A stretch of 64,000 nucleotides of DNA from Escherichia coli (GTDB taxonomy: Bacteria > Pseudomonadota > Gammaproteobacteria > Enterobacterales > Enterobacteriaceae). This document shows, piece by piece, positions 1 to 7,243 of the stretch. The position numbers were made by a program, and so were the translations under genes. Within the stretch, counting starts at the first letter, position 1; the number at the start of each line of letters is the position of its first letter. Where the stretch lies: NCBI RefSeq assembly GCF_050320075.1, contig NZ_CP190018.1. One strand, given 5' to 3'. The notes under the pieces are model-generated. The model was not told the origin of the DNA. It ran no database searches and saw only the letters and a list, made by a program, of their open reading frames with translations.

Positions 1-575
1 GAATTGATTTTAGAACTCGCAGGATTCGCGCTATTACTGGCCTTGTGTGATGTTGTATTGTTCCCTTCGCCCGCTCCAGAATCTCCCCAGGTGGAGAAGA
101 CTAAAAAAGTCTTCTCTGTCAGCAACTTAAACAGTTACCTATTTAATTTGCTTAGGAGTTCTACCATTGTGATCCGCCCTTAGTAACTGTCACGTTAAGT
201 TACACGGTGAGATGACAGTATAACCTAACGTTGGCGGCAGTTGCACCTCTCACACCGCGATAGCACAACGTGAAGATAAAGCCCATCCTGGCATTGTAAT
301 GTCATCGACAGACTGAACACACGCATTTAAGCCCGATGTGCGGCCTTGTGGCTGCGTAAACAGGTTTATGGTGATATTGGTCCTTGCAAACCATATGCAA
401 GCTCTATCAGCGTTTCAGCCACGCTCCCAACGGGTACACGGTTATCCTGATAAGGTGTGATCTTTCTGACAATCTGATGAAGTCGCTACGCTCCCGCTTG
501 TTGCTGTATCACCAACGGGGCTTTATGGTTTCTATTGTCTATAATAATCTCACAATTCCCCTGCATGAGGTTGAT

Positions 576-782
576 ATGACTGTTAGCTACAAGATTACTT
601 ATGAGCATAGAGACGGTGATCAAATTAGAATGGAAGAGGTTTTATTCCATTCAGAGCATGAACCAACAAAAGATGAAATTCATGATGCAGTAAGAAAAGA
701 TACTGTGAGATTTAATTCTCCATCTAATGGAGTAACGGCTGTTTCAGGGTTTAAAGTGATTTCGGTTGTCCCTGTTCCATGA
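576..782 (+). CDS. Hypothetical small protein (68 aa)
   Basis: ATG at 576 is preceded by GAGG at 567-570. The longer track ORF from 384 starts in compositionally different sequence with no SD. No motif recognised. Confidence 0.4.
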   Translation: MTVSYKITYEHRDGDQIRMEEVLFHSEHEPTKDEIHDAVRKDTVRFNSPSNGVTAVSGFKVISVVPVP

Positions 783-793
783 ATGGTTATAGA

Positions 794-810
794 AGGGGCT
801 GGAAGCCCCT
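794..810. terminator. Hairpin between convergent genes (AGGGGC-tggaa-GCCCCT)
   Basis: Perfect 6 bp stem lying between the stop at 782 and the stop at 816. There is no strong T-run, so it is weak as an intrinsic terminator. Confidence 0.35.
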
Positions 811-815
811 AATTA

Positions 816-1136
816 TTACTTCTTAATATCGCCAGTGCATTGATATTCGATAGTCACAAGTGTTTGCATACAACCAGATGAAGAAGGTTGTGAACATTGA
901 GAAGTGAATCCACCAAAAGGCTCGGCTCCTGAATATCCCCAAGCGGCACAACGCGCTTTGGCTGCATTCATGCCTTGTTGTGGATCTACAACAGGGCTTT
1001 CAAACATACCGTAAGAATAACTCATCCTAACTGTGCCGTCTGATTTGCTTCCACCAGTTGGAACGAGTTGTTTTTTTGTTGCACATCCAGAAATAATCAA
1101 TGTTGAAGCAAGTAACAGCATTAAACTTTTGCGCAT
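816..1136 (-). CDS. Lipoprotein, possibly YecR-like
   Basis: Signal peptide plus lipobox LIISGC near the N-terminus. Four further Cys in the mature part. The GGSKSDGTV / WGY / FGG pattern resembles my recollection of the YecR family. Confidence 0.75.
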   Translation of the reverse strand: MRKSLMLLLASTLIISGCATKKQLVPTGGSKSDGTVRMSYSYGMFESPVVDPQQGMNAAKARCAAWGYSGAEPFGGFTSQCSQPSSSGCMQTLVTIEYQCTGDIKK

Positions 1137-1280
1137 GTAAATAATCCCAAGAGATAATGGTTATGTATTGATTTAAAGCGTTTTTAGATTAATGCATTAA
1201 CTTAGCAAAATTAAGTCTTTTCTGATTGTTTGCAGAGTAAAAATGAGTTGCTTTCGAAATTATTTCGGATGTTTATTGTA

Positions 1281-1448
1281 TTACGGTTTTTCAAACCGTC
1301 TAACTATTGTCGCTATTGAATGGGCAATAATAGCAAGAGGATTCATTTCGTCATTGGAGGCAACAAAAAGTCGGTAACTAATAGCCACAACGAATGCAGC
1401 AATAACGAGAAAGCGGATAGTGCTAAGATGTTTTGAAGATAAATGCAT
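1281..1448 (-). CDS. Small hydrophobic protein (55 aa, MHLSSKHLSTIRFLVIAAFVVAISYRLF...), candidate membrane peptide
   Basis: Below the track cutoff; translated by hand. SD AGGGGG sits 4 nt upstream of the ATG and can pair with CCCCCT in the 5' UTR. One predicted TM segment. Confidence 0.35.
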   Translation of the reverse strand: MHLSSKHLSTIRFLVIAAFVVAISYRLFVASNDEMNPLAIIAHSIATIVRRFEKP

Positions 1449-1524
1449 AACGCCCCCTAAATGAATGTGAGGGGGATTAAATCATGCAAATTTGTTATGT
1501 GCAATACTGGTAATTTATCCTAAT

Positions 1525-1571
1525 AGTCTACTATTCACCTCAATCTACGTCAACCAATATTTGATGTAGAT
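1525..1571 (-). promoter_or_regulatory. Sigma70-like promoter (TTGACG-17-TAGACT on the minus strand) overlapped by a 29 bp palindrome
   Basis: Minus-strand -35 is at 1548-1553 and -10 at 1525-1530. ATCTACGTCAA-N7-TTGATGTAGAT spans 1543-1571 with one mismatch per 11 bp arm. Confidence 0.4.
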
Positions 1572-1788
1572 TTAATTTTCTTTTAAAAACAATATGTTGC
1601 AATTTGTTGGATTTTTGGGTTAGGTTGTTTTTTGAACGTTTCCATCAAGTGTAAAGATACGTTTAGCCTTCATAGTGAGTTCAGTTACTGTCTTTTTATC
1701 TGAAATCGGCGCAAACGTGATCATCGCTTAACGAGAAGATCAGCGCCGTCAGGTCCACGCGGCGACAACTCTGAAATATCAGGAGGCA

Positions 1789-2346
1789 TTACGCTTCCTG
1801 CTCTTTCTTGATACGTTGCACCGTCTGTGTGCTGACACTGAAATCTTTTGCTACGCTCCGAATTGATCCACCATTCGCGAGAGCGGCAGCAATTCCTGCT
1901 CGATCAATTGCTTTTCCATTACCACGTTTTGCTATACGTCCAGCGGCCTTAGCTGCGGCGATCCCTTCACGTTGACGCTCAAGCATCATTTCACGTTCCA
2001 TTTGTGCCACTGCTGCAAGCACTGTGAGCATCATATTCCCTGCGGGAGAGTTCTTCCCTGTCTTAAAGTCTTCTTTATGGAAATGCACAGACACGCCGCG
2101 CTCTGTTAATTGCTCAACCGTTGCCAGTAGGTCGGCTGTATTACGGCAAAGTCGATCAATGCTGTGAACATGCAAAACATCACCTTCCCGCACATAGTTC
2201 ATCATTGCCTCAAACTGTGGGCGCTGGGTATTTTTGCCTGACGCTTTATCTTCAAAGACTTTATCAAGAGTTACTCCAGCTAATTGACGGTCTGTGTTTT
2301 GTTGGACAGTCGATACCCTAATGTATCCAATATTAGCCATTTTCAT
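1789..2346 (-). CDS. Serine recombinase (resolvase/invertase family) with C-terminal HTH
   Basis: N-terminal IGYIRVSTxxQ catalytic-serine motif, DRLCR motif and C-terminal HTH (IRSVAKDFSVSTQTVQRI). The second ATG at 2340 has better SD spacing. Confidence 0.9.
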   Translation of the reverse strand: MKMANIGYIRVSTVQQNTDRQLAGVTLDKVFEDKASGKNTQRPQFEAMMNYVREGDVLHVHSIDRLCRNTADLLATVEQLTERGVSVHFHKEDFKTGKNSPAGNMMLTVLAAVAQMEREMMLERQREGIAAAKAAGRIAKRGNGKAIDRAGIAAALANGGSIRSVAKDFSVSTQTVQRIKKEQEA

Positions 2347-2365
2347 TTTCCTTCTGTGTTGATTT

Positions 2366-2472
2366 GTGTGTAGTGATTATTGATCGTGTTGATTAGGTGT
2401 GTAAAGGACTTTTTTCACTACGAAATTCGAAGGTTTTTAGTGTGGTGATTTAGCCTGCTTTATCACTACACG
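2366..2472. promoter_or_regulatory. Recombinase upstream control region with inverted GTGTAGTGAT / ATCACTACAC arms and further CACTAC-like half sites. Possible res or operator site.
   Basis: 10 bp perfect inverted repeat at 2368-2377 and 2462-2471. Related motifs TTCACTAC and TAGTGTGGTGA lie in between. Confidence 0.3.
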
Positions 2473-3260
2473 TCTTGCATGAGAATCATGTAGTTACATT
2501 TTGGTAAAATTAGCAAGCTATTAAATAGTGTGTTTATTTTGAAAAAATAATTTTTTGTTGCATTAAAGGAAACTTGTTCAATAAATGATAGAACGTTTAT
2601 TGAGCAACAATTTTGCAGTGATGCGCTATATGCCGCATTACATAAGGCTTTGCTGATGATAATGTAAAAGTGAAGAAAGCTAACATTGCTCTTTTAAGCT
2701 ACTTTTCATTGAATTTTTAGTATGGAATTACATAGGGATAAACTATGAATATTCTATGATTTACACGAGATATTCTTGCTGTTTAATTCCGGCTTTGGAG
2801 ATCAGGCATTCGCAAGAATACGCTAACGCGTTGCCTGAAAAGCCATTGCACATAATAGAGGTGAGCGTATAGCGAACTATCAATGTGATCATTGCACGAA
2901 TGATAATGAGTGGATATAGATTCTATATATCGTTAGATTGTAGTTTGATAGTTAATGTGTAATGTAGATTGTATGAGCGTATAGCGAATGTTAGTTAGAT
3001 CAACAACAAACTAACCTTTAAATCTCTTTTATCTTCTCATAGATATGGCTATGCGTAGCAACCGAAGGTTAGCCAATCATCTCTATGCAGCCGTAAGGCT
3101 GTTTTGCATGTAATAGTTGTTTGTTGTTGTTAGACAGTTACCAATTTATAGATCAGAGATAGATGTGAGCGTTGAGCGATACACTAATCATAACAACATC
3201 TTCTTACTTTTTAGTTAGTTGTTAGTAGGTTATTGTTATGCGCGCTATTAGCGCATGTAT

Positions 3261-3371
3261 AAAGGTATCATTTTTATCTAAAGGGCTTTAGACATTTTTG
3301 ATACCTTTTTCATCTCTAAAAAAGTGTAATTTTTATCTAAAGGGGCTTTAGACATTTTTTACACCTTTTTC
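3261..3371. repeat. Two adjacent near-palindromes of about 48 bp, arranged as a 59 bp direct repeat. Each is centred on TCTAAAG-GG(G)-CTTTAGA.
   Basis: Palindrome cores at 3277-3292 and 3336-3352. Outer arms are AAAGGTATC/GATACCTTT and AAAGTGTAA/TTACACCTTT. Extra TCTAAAG half sites occur near 3411 and 3488. Confidence 0.7.
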
Positions 3372-3515
3372 TGTGCAAGACACTTACCAGTGTGCACAAT
3401 ACTTATGCTTTTCTAAAGCCGGGAATTTTTAAGTTTGATTGATCAATTGTTAACTTTAAAAGTTACTTTTAACAATCACTTAGACGATCTAAAGCCGCAA
3501 TTAACATAATATAAG

Positions 3516-3545
3516 TTGACATGCAAGCACTTTTTACCGTATAGT
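3516..3545 (+). promoter_or_regulatory. Near-consensus sigma70 promoter (TTGACA-18-TATAGT)
   Basis: Hexamers read directly at 3516-3521 and 3540-3545. AT-rich sequence lies upstream. Confidence 0.55.
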
Positions 3546-3551
3546 GCGGGT

Positions 3552-3605
3552 TTCCTACCTACCCAGGAAATGAGTTCCTACCTACCCAGGAAATGAGTTC
3601 CTACA
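3552..3605 (+). repeat. Tandem 23 bp repeat, about 2.3 copies, each unit a hairpin or operator (TTCCT-N8-AGGAA)
   Basis: TTCCTACCTACCCAGGAAATGAG at 3552-3574 is repeated exactly at 3575-3597, with a partial third copy at 3598-3605. The repeat starts at the predicted +1 of the 3516 promoter. Confidence 0.9.
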
Positions 3606-4556
3606 ATACTATAATTAAACTACAATTAAACTATCTTTTATAAATTCTTTTATCTTTTAAAGAATAATTATAGGGATACCCGTTAGGGAGTCTTCGACTA
3701 TCCCTTAATCTATTGGCATTCGCCAGAACCTTGCACAAGTTAGACTGATGCTTGTCATAACAGATAGTTTTTGTTTTTTGTTAGTAGTTAGCTGATCTAT
3801 GTTCGCTTTCCGCTCACAACGAATATGTAATCTACTATGTGCAAATAGCCTACGGCTTGCGTATGGCTAATAGTCTTGCGCTGTGCGCAGAACGATAATT
3901 AACTAACTACCATCTAACGATTGAAATTTACTTGTGCAATAACCTGAGCATAAGCGAATGGTTGTTAGTGTCTATGCGCTGTGCGCTTCAATAGTTCCAT
4001 TGATGAGGCTTACGCCAATCTAACGATCATCAATCTATTTAAGAGAAAATCTATTGTGCAATACTCTGACGAGTGCAATAACCTTGTGTGCTACGCGTTA
4101 GCGATGTTAGCACATAGACACAGACAACAACCAACAACAAACAAAAAAGAAAGAATGGTTTTAGTAGTTGAAGGTTAAATAAGTTTCTACCGCTTAAATC
4201 AAGCCGTAGGCGAGCTAAACGTATATAAGGTAGGGAAACACTTAGCGGTAATAGATTAGCTCGTTATAGAGCTTCTGAGGAGCTTTACAGGTATTTTATA
4301 AGATGTCTGAAATCAGAGTTTATCTATCCACCATCTTTCCATCATCTGATAAATCAAAAATAAGCCCCTTAAATAAGCCTCTGACGAGATAAACAACCTC
4401 TACATAAGGGAATGTATTGTTTTTATCAAAACCCCCGTCAGAGTGCGATTGAGAGCGTTTTAGACAACAGGGAAGAATTGTACCAGAGTAGGCAGCACAA
4501 AAAGCTAAGAAAAATTATAAGAAATTGAAAATGATCAAGTTTTTTATAAAAGAGGG

Positions 4557-4585
4557 TTGACAAAGCCGCCGTTATGTAGTATTGT
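4557..4585 (+). promoter_or_regulatory. Sigma70 promoter of the early operon (TTGACA-17-TATTGT) with an A/T-rich UP-like region
   Basis: Hexamers at 4557-4562 and 4580-4585. The first gene with a strong SD follows about 110 nt later. Confidence 0.6.
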
Positions 4586-4701
4586 AAGTAGGGAGGGGAG
4601 AAACATCTCTCTCCATCTAAATAATCAAATCACAGAACACTGCACTTTGAGCCGTCAGGCTGCAAGGTGTGTTTTTCTTTTATCTAAATAAGGAGTTTTT
4701 T

Positions 4702-4884
4702 ATGAAATGGTATACACCGGAACACGTCGTAGAGGCATTTAAAAAAGGTGAGCTAACACGACATCAAGTAAGGATGAACAGGAACACAGCGCGGCGCTGT
4801 GGTTATCCAGAGCGTGAAAAATGCTTTGACGATGCACTAAAAATTATTGATGAACTGCGTAAGGCAGAAGCAGAGAAAGAATAA
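4702..4884 (+). CDS. Hypothetical protein (60 aa)
   Basis: ATG at 4702 is preceded by AAGGAG. The track ORF start at 4669 is an upstream alternative codon without an SD. Confidence 0.6.
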   Translation: MKWYTPEHVVEAFKKGELTRHQVRMNRNTARRCGYPEREKCFDDALKIIDELRKAEAEKE

Positions 4885-4907
4885 TAACAGGAGAAGGAGA
4901 AAACCAA

Positions 4908-5084
4908 ATGAATATTAATTTTGATTCTGCAACTTATAACGCGTTGTTAAATCGTGCAAAGGCAGAAGGGAAATCAATTCCAAAACTTGTTAATGAATTA
5001 CTAATTACAGTCCTTACAAAGGAGGAACTAAATGAACCAAAACACCAAAACAATTGCCGAAGCAAAAGCGCAATGCCTCAATAA
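4908..5084 (+). CDS. Ribbon-helix-helix (CopG/Arc-like) DNA-binding protein (58 aa)
   Basis: Hand-translated: MNINFDSATYNALLNRAKAEGKSIPKLVNELL..., a beta-strand/helix/helix pattern. AGGAGAAGGAG lies upstream. The 3' end overlaps the next gene. Confidence 0.5.
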   Translation: MNINFDSATYNALLNRAKAEGKSIPKLVNELLITVLTKEELNEPKHQNNCRSKSAMPQ

Positions 5085-5697
5085 GAAAGATAGTAAACAA
5101 ACATATGTAGTAGTTGAACAATGGCTGAAGATGTTTAAAAAGTGGTTCTCACCGTCAGGTAAGGAATACACCGCGACACTTCCAGCCGTTGAAATCTACA
5201 GTTACGTAGCTGGGTTCAATGAACAAGGGCAAGAATGTTACGCCAATCAAAAAACATTAGCTAATATTGGAATGGTTAGTGATCGTCAGGTGCGTAATAT
5301 TATAAATATGTTTATTGATATGGGTGTTCTTTCTGTAGAGGCACGGGACGGGCAAACATCACTCTATAAAGCATTACCCTTTACAGATGCACACATCACA
5401 CCACCGGAAGACGTAAAAACCTCTGTAAACGTAGAACAGCCTGCACCTGAAACACAGGAACCGTTAGAAGCGACACACTCTATTGAGCAGGAAACACAGG
5501 CAGAAATCACGGAACAATCTGATCTTTTTACATGGCTTATTTCCATAGACAGCCAAAAGCCTATGCAAGAAGAAACAGAAAATTTTATAAAACGTGCACT
5601 GACCTCGAAGAGGATAATTCTTGAAGATGATGCTTTTAATGCACTGATGATAGCCCTGAGAAAAGAAAGTGAAATCTATGACTCAATACCATTTTAA
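5032..5697 (+). CDS. Winged-helix protein resembling RepA_N/DnaD-type replication initiators, with an acidic C-terminal half
   Basis: Strong SD AAGGAGG. The segment LPAVEIYSYVAGF...ECYANQKTLANIGMVSDRQVRNIINMFIDMGVLSVEARDGQTSLY fits the initiator wHTH pattern as I recall it. Confidence 0.7.
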   Translation: MNQNTKTIAEAKAQCLNKKDSKQTYVVVEQWLKMFKKWFSPSGKEYTATLPAVEIYSYVAGFNEQGQECYANQKTLANIGMVSDRQVRNIINMFIDMGVLSVEARDGQTSLYKALPFTDAHITPPEDVKTSVNVEQPAPETQEPLEATHSIEQETQAEITEQSDLFTWLISIDSQKPMQEETENFIKRALTSKRIILEDDAFNALMIALRKESEIYDSIPF

Positions 5698-5709
5698 GGA
5701 GAATAAAAA

Positions 5710-5967
5710 ATGAAATACAACCTGACATTAAACAAACGAACATTCGAAATTACAGAAAGCGGCTACACACTGGCAAAACAGCTTGCTGATAGCAATTATG
5801 AGCTACCCGCGATTATCAGCTTTCAGGAGTTACCTCATAGTAAAGAACACACACAGCACTGGTTAAATCACCTGAGCCATTTTGGGGTAATTAAGTATGA
5901 GGCTGTGAATAGTCAGACGTTCCGTTTGCTTGAGATAAGCCCTTTCGAATTGTGGGTGGCGCTGTGA
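5710..5967 (+). CDS. Hypothetical protein (85 aa), possibly winged-helix
   Basis: ORF with SD, lying in the operon. Confidence 0.65.
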   Translation: MKYNLTLNKRTFEITESGYTLAKQLADSNYELPAIISFQELPHSKEHTQHWLNHLSHFGVIKYEAVNSQTFRLLEISPFELWVAL

Positions 5968-6170
5968 CCATATTCGATAGCGAATTTTCACAAGAAACCT
6001 TTCTGCAATATTTACGGGAAAGAACGGGAATGATTCTGTTTGATTCTGAGTTTTCCGGTGTGGTAGGTGAGCAATTTTTATATGCTCTTCTCGATAGCCT
6101 AAGTAAACAAGGATTATTGCAGTATACCAAAACTCATATGAAAGCATTCAGAATCGACTCTGTAGCTTAA
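5964..6170 (+). CDS. Hypothetical protein (about 68 aa) with an internal tandem (I/L)FDSEFS repeat
   Basis: GTG at 5964 overlaps the upstream stop as GTGA, suggesting translational coupling. The track ORF begins at 5952. Confidence 0.55.
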   Translation: MTIFDSEFSQETFLQYLRERTGMILFDSEFSGVVGEQFLYALLDSLSKQGLLQYTKTHMKAFRIDSVA

Positions 6171-6206
6171 AACAAACAACTATCAAACATCTTGAAGGGT
6201 GAAACA

Positions 6207-6347
6207 ATGGAAAGCTTAATATTTTTCTTAGTATTTATGATCGCTTCCTTTTTTAACACTGCAACAAGAAAAACAAAACGAAGGGGAAGCAATGAGCAAG
6301 AAAAAAGGCAAGAAAAACGTAATAACAACTATTGGCGAAGCATGTGA
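6207..6347 (+). CDS. Possible small membrane peptide (46 aa, MESLIFFLVFMIASFF... with a basic tail)
   Basis: Hand-translated. Weak SD AAGGG. Overlaps the next gene out of frame. Confidence 0.2.
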   Translation: MESLIFFLVFMIASFFNTATRKTKRRGSNEQEKRQEKRNNNYWRSM

Positions 6348-6672
6348 TCAGTATGCGTTAAACAATCCTCGCAAATATAATTATGAGCATGATGCACAAC
6401 CAGGCGAGGAATTGATCTTTATACTTGAAGAACCAAGCCCAGAATTAACAGACGAAGAATTATCACTCATTCAAAGTATGGACGGTGTTTACTTTAATCC
6501 GCGCCCACGCAAAACAACGGTTATAGATTCCAGTCTTCTGAAAAGATGGCAGTGTTTGGGTTTTCAGGATATGCACCACTTTAGGGGGTATATGGCTCTT
6601 AACAGTCTGCAATATGCAGGGGTGAGAGAAACCGAATTACTTCTGCTTGATAAAATAAAAATCGACGATTAA
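6292..6672 (+). CDS. Hypothetical protein (126 aa), basic N-terminus
   Basis: ORF with SD (AAGGGGA). No motif recognised. Confidence 0.7.
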   Translation: MSKKKGKKNVITTIGEACDQYALNNPRKYNYEHDAQPGEELIFILEEPSPELTDEELSLIQSMDGVYFNPRPRKTTVIDSSLLKRWQCLGFQDMHHFRGYMALNSLQYAGVRETELLLLDKIKIDD

Positions 6673-6713
6673 CAGCGTTTGCTGAATATAACCCTTAACA
6701 AAAGGAAAATAAA

Positions 6714-6935
6714 ATGATTAACAAAGCAATTTTAGAGACAACCACTTTTCACGATCTTAAACTTCTTTCTGAATGCTTCATAAGCCTGATTGAACGTGCA
6801 CAGGAAGAAAACGATCTCGGTTTACTCGATGATATTATAGACAACATTGCAACTTATAAAATCCCGCTCACTATTGCTATGAAGAAAGCTCGTGAAGCAC
6901 AACAACAATTAGAACAATCAGAGGAAGTGGCATAA
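6714..6935 (+). CDS. Hypothetical acidic helical protein (73 aa)
   Basis: ORF with SD. The stop overlaps the next start as TAATG. Confidence 0.7.
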   Translation: MINKAILETTTFHDLKLLSECFISLIERAQEENDLGLLDDIIDNIATYKIPLTIAMKKAREAQQQLEQSEEVA

Positions 6936-7243
6936 TGAGCGAAGTACACAACGTAACTATTGAAATGATGGATCTGGTTATTGATTTACAGAAAGCAGTA
7001 AACGCGGCTCTGACTTTTCCAAGCGAGCTAACCATCACACAGGCGGTTATTAATCTGGAATCGACGCGGGAAGCACTGCAACTACTTATTGCAGCGTGCG
7101 AAGAGAGCGAAGGTGCACAGATTGAAGCTGATGACCTTTCTAATCTGATCATCGTCATTCATGACACCACTGAAATCATGAAAGAAGCGGTAGCAGATCT
7201 GCAACCCCTCATTAATGAATTAATCGATAAGGCTAACAACTAA
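6935..7243 (+). CDS. Hypothetical strongly acidic helical protein (102 aa)
   Basis: By my count about 19 D/E against 4 K/R. TAATG overlaps at both ends. Confidence 0.7.
   Translation: MSEVHNVTIEMMDLVIDLQKAVNAALTFPSELTITQAVINLESTREALQLLIAACEESEGAQIEADDLSNLIIVIHDTTEIMKEAVADLQPLINELIDKANN

Larger units (their letters stand above)
2860..4150. repeat. Dispersed degenerate repeat family (core TGAGCG-N3-AGCGAA, followed by GTTAG and a CAACAACAAAC tail) with GCGC-N3-GCGC palindromes. Iteron-like field.
   Basis: Core copies read at about 2862, 2975, 3166, 3946 and 4095 on the plus strand and 3803-3818 on the minus strand. Palindromes lie at about 3238-3256, 3876-3890 and 3973-3988. ATCGTTAGAT at about 2929 matches its reverse complement at about 3912 and 4018. 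Confidence 0.6.

Noticed and set aside
1-183. A frame open from the window edge to the TAG at 181-183 (60 codons, ELILELAGFALLLALCDVVLF...), possibly the 3' end of a gene
   Set aside because: There is no start in the window and no recognisable motif, so it cannot be told apart from a chance open frame. It is left unannotated.
384-575. The 5' extension of the 132 aa track ORF
   Set aside because: There is no SD at 384 and the composition differs from the AT-rich 3' part. The ATG at 576 with GAGG upstream is the more plausible start.
3552-3605. A tandem 23 bp palindromic repeat considered as a mini-CRISPR array
   Set aside because: The units are directly abutting with no spacers, and no cas genes are present in the window.
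3981-4178. A 65 aa ORF inside the repeat field
   Set aside because: It has no ribosome-binding site, it runs across the repeat units and the (CAA)n tract, and its composition is low-complexity. It is probably not coding.
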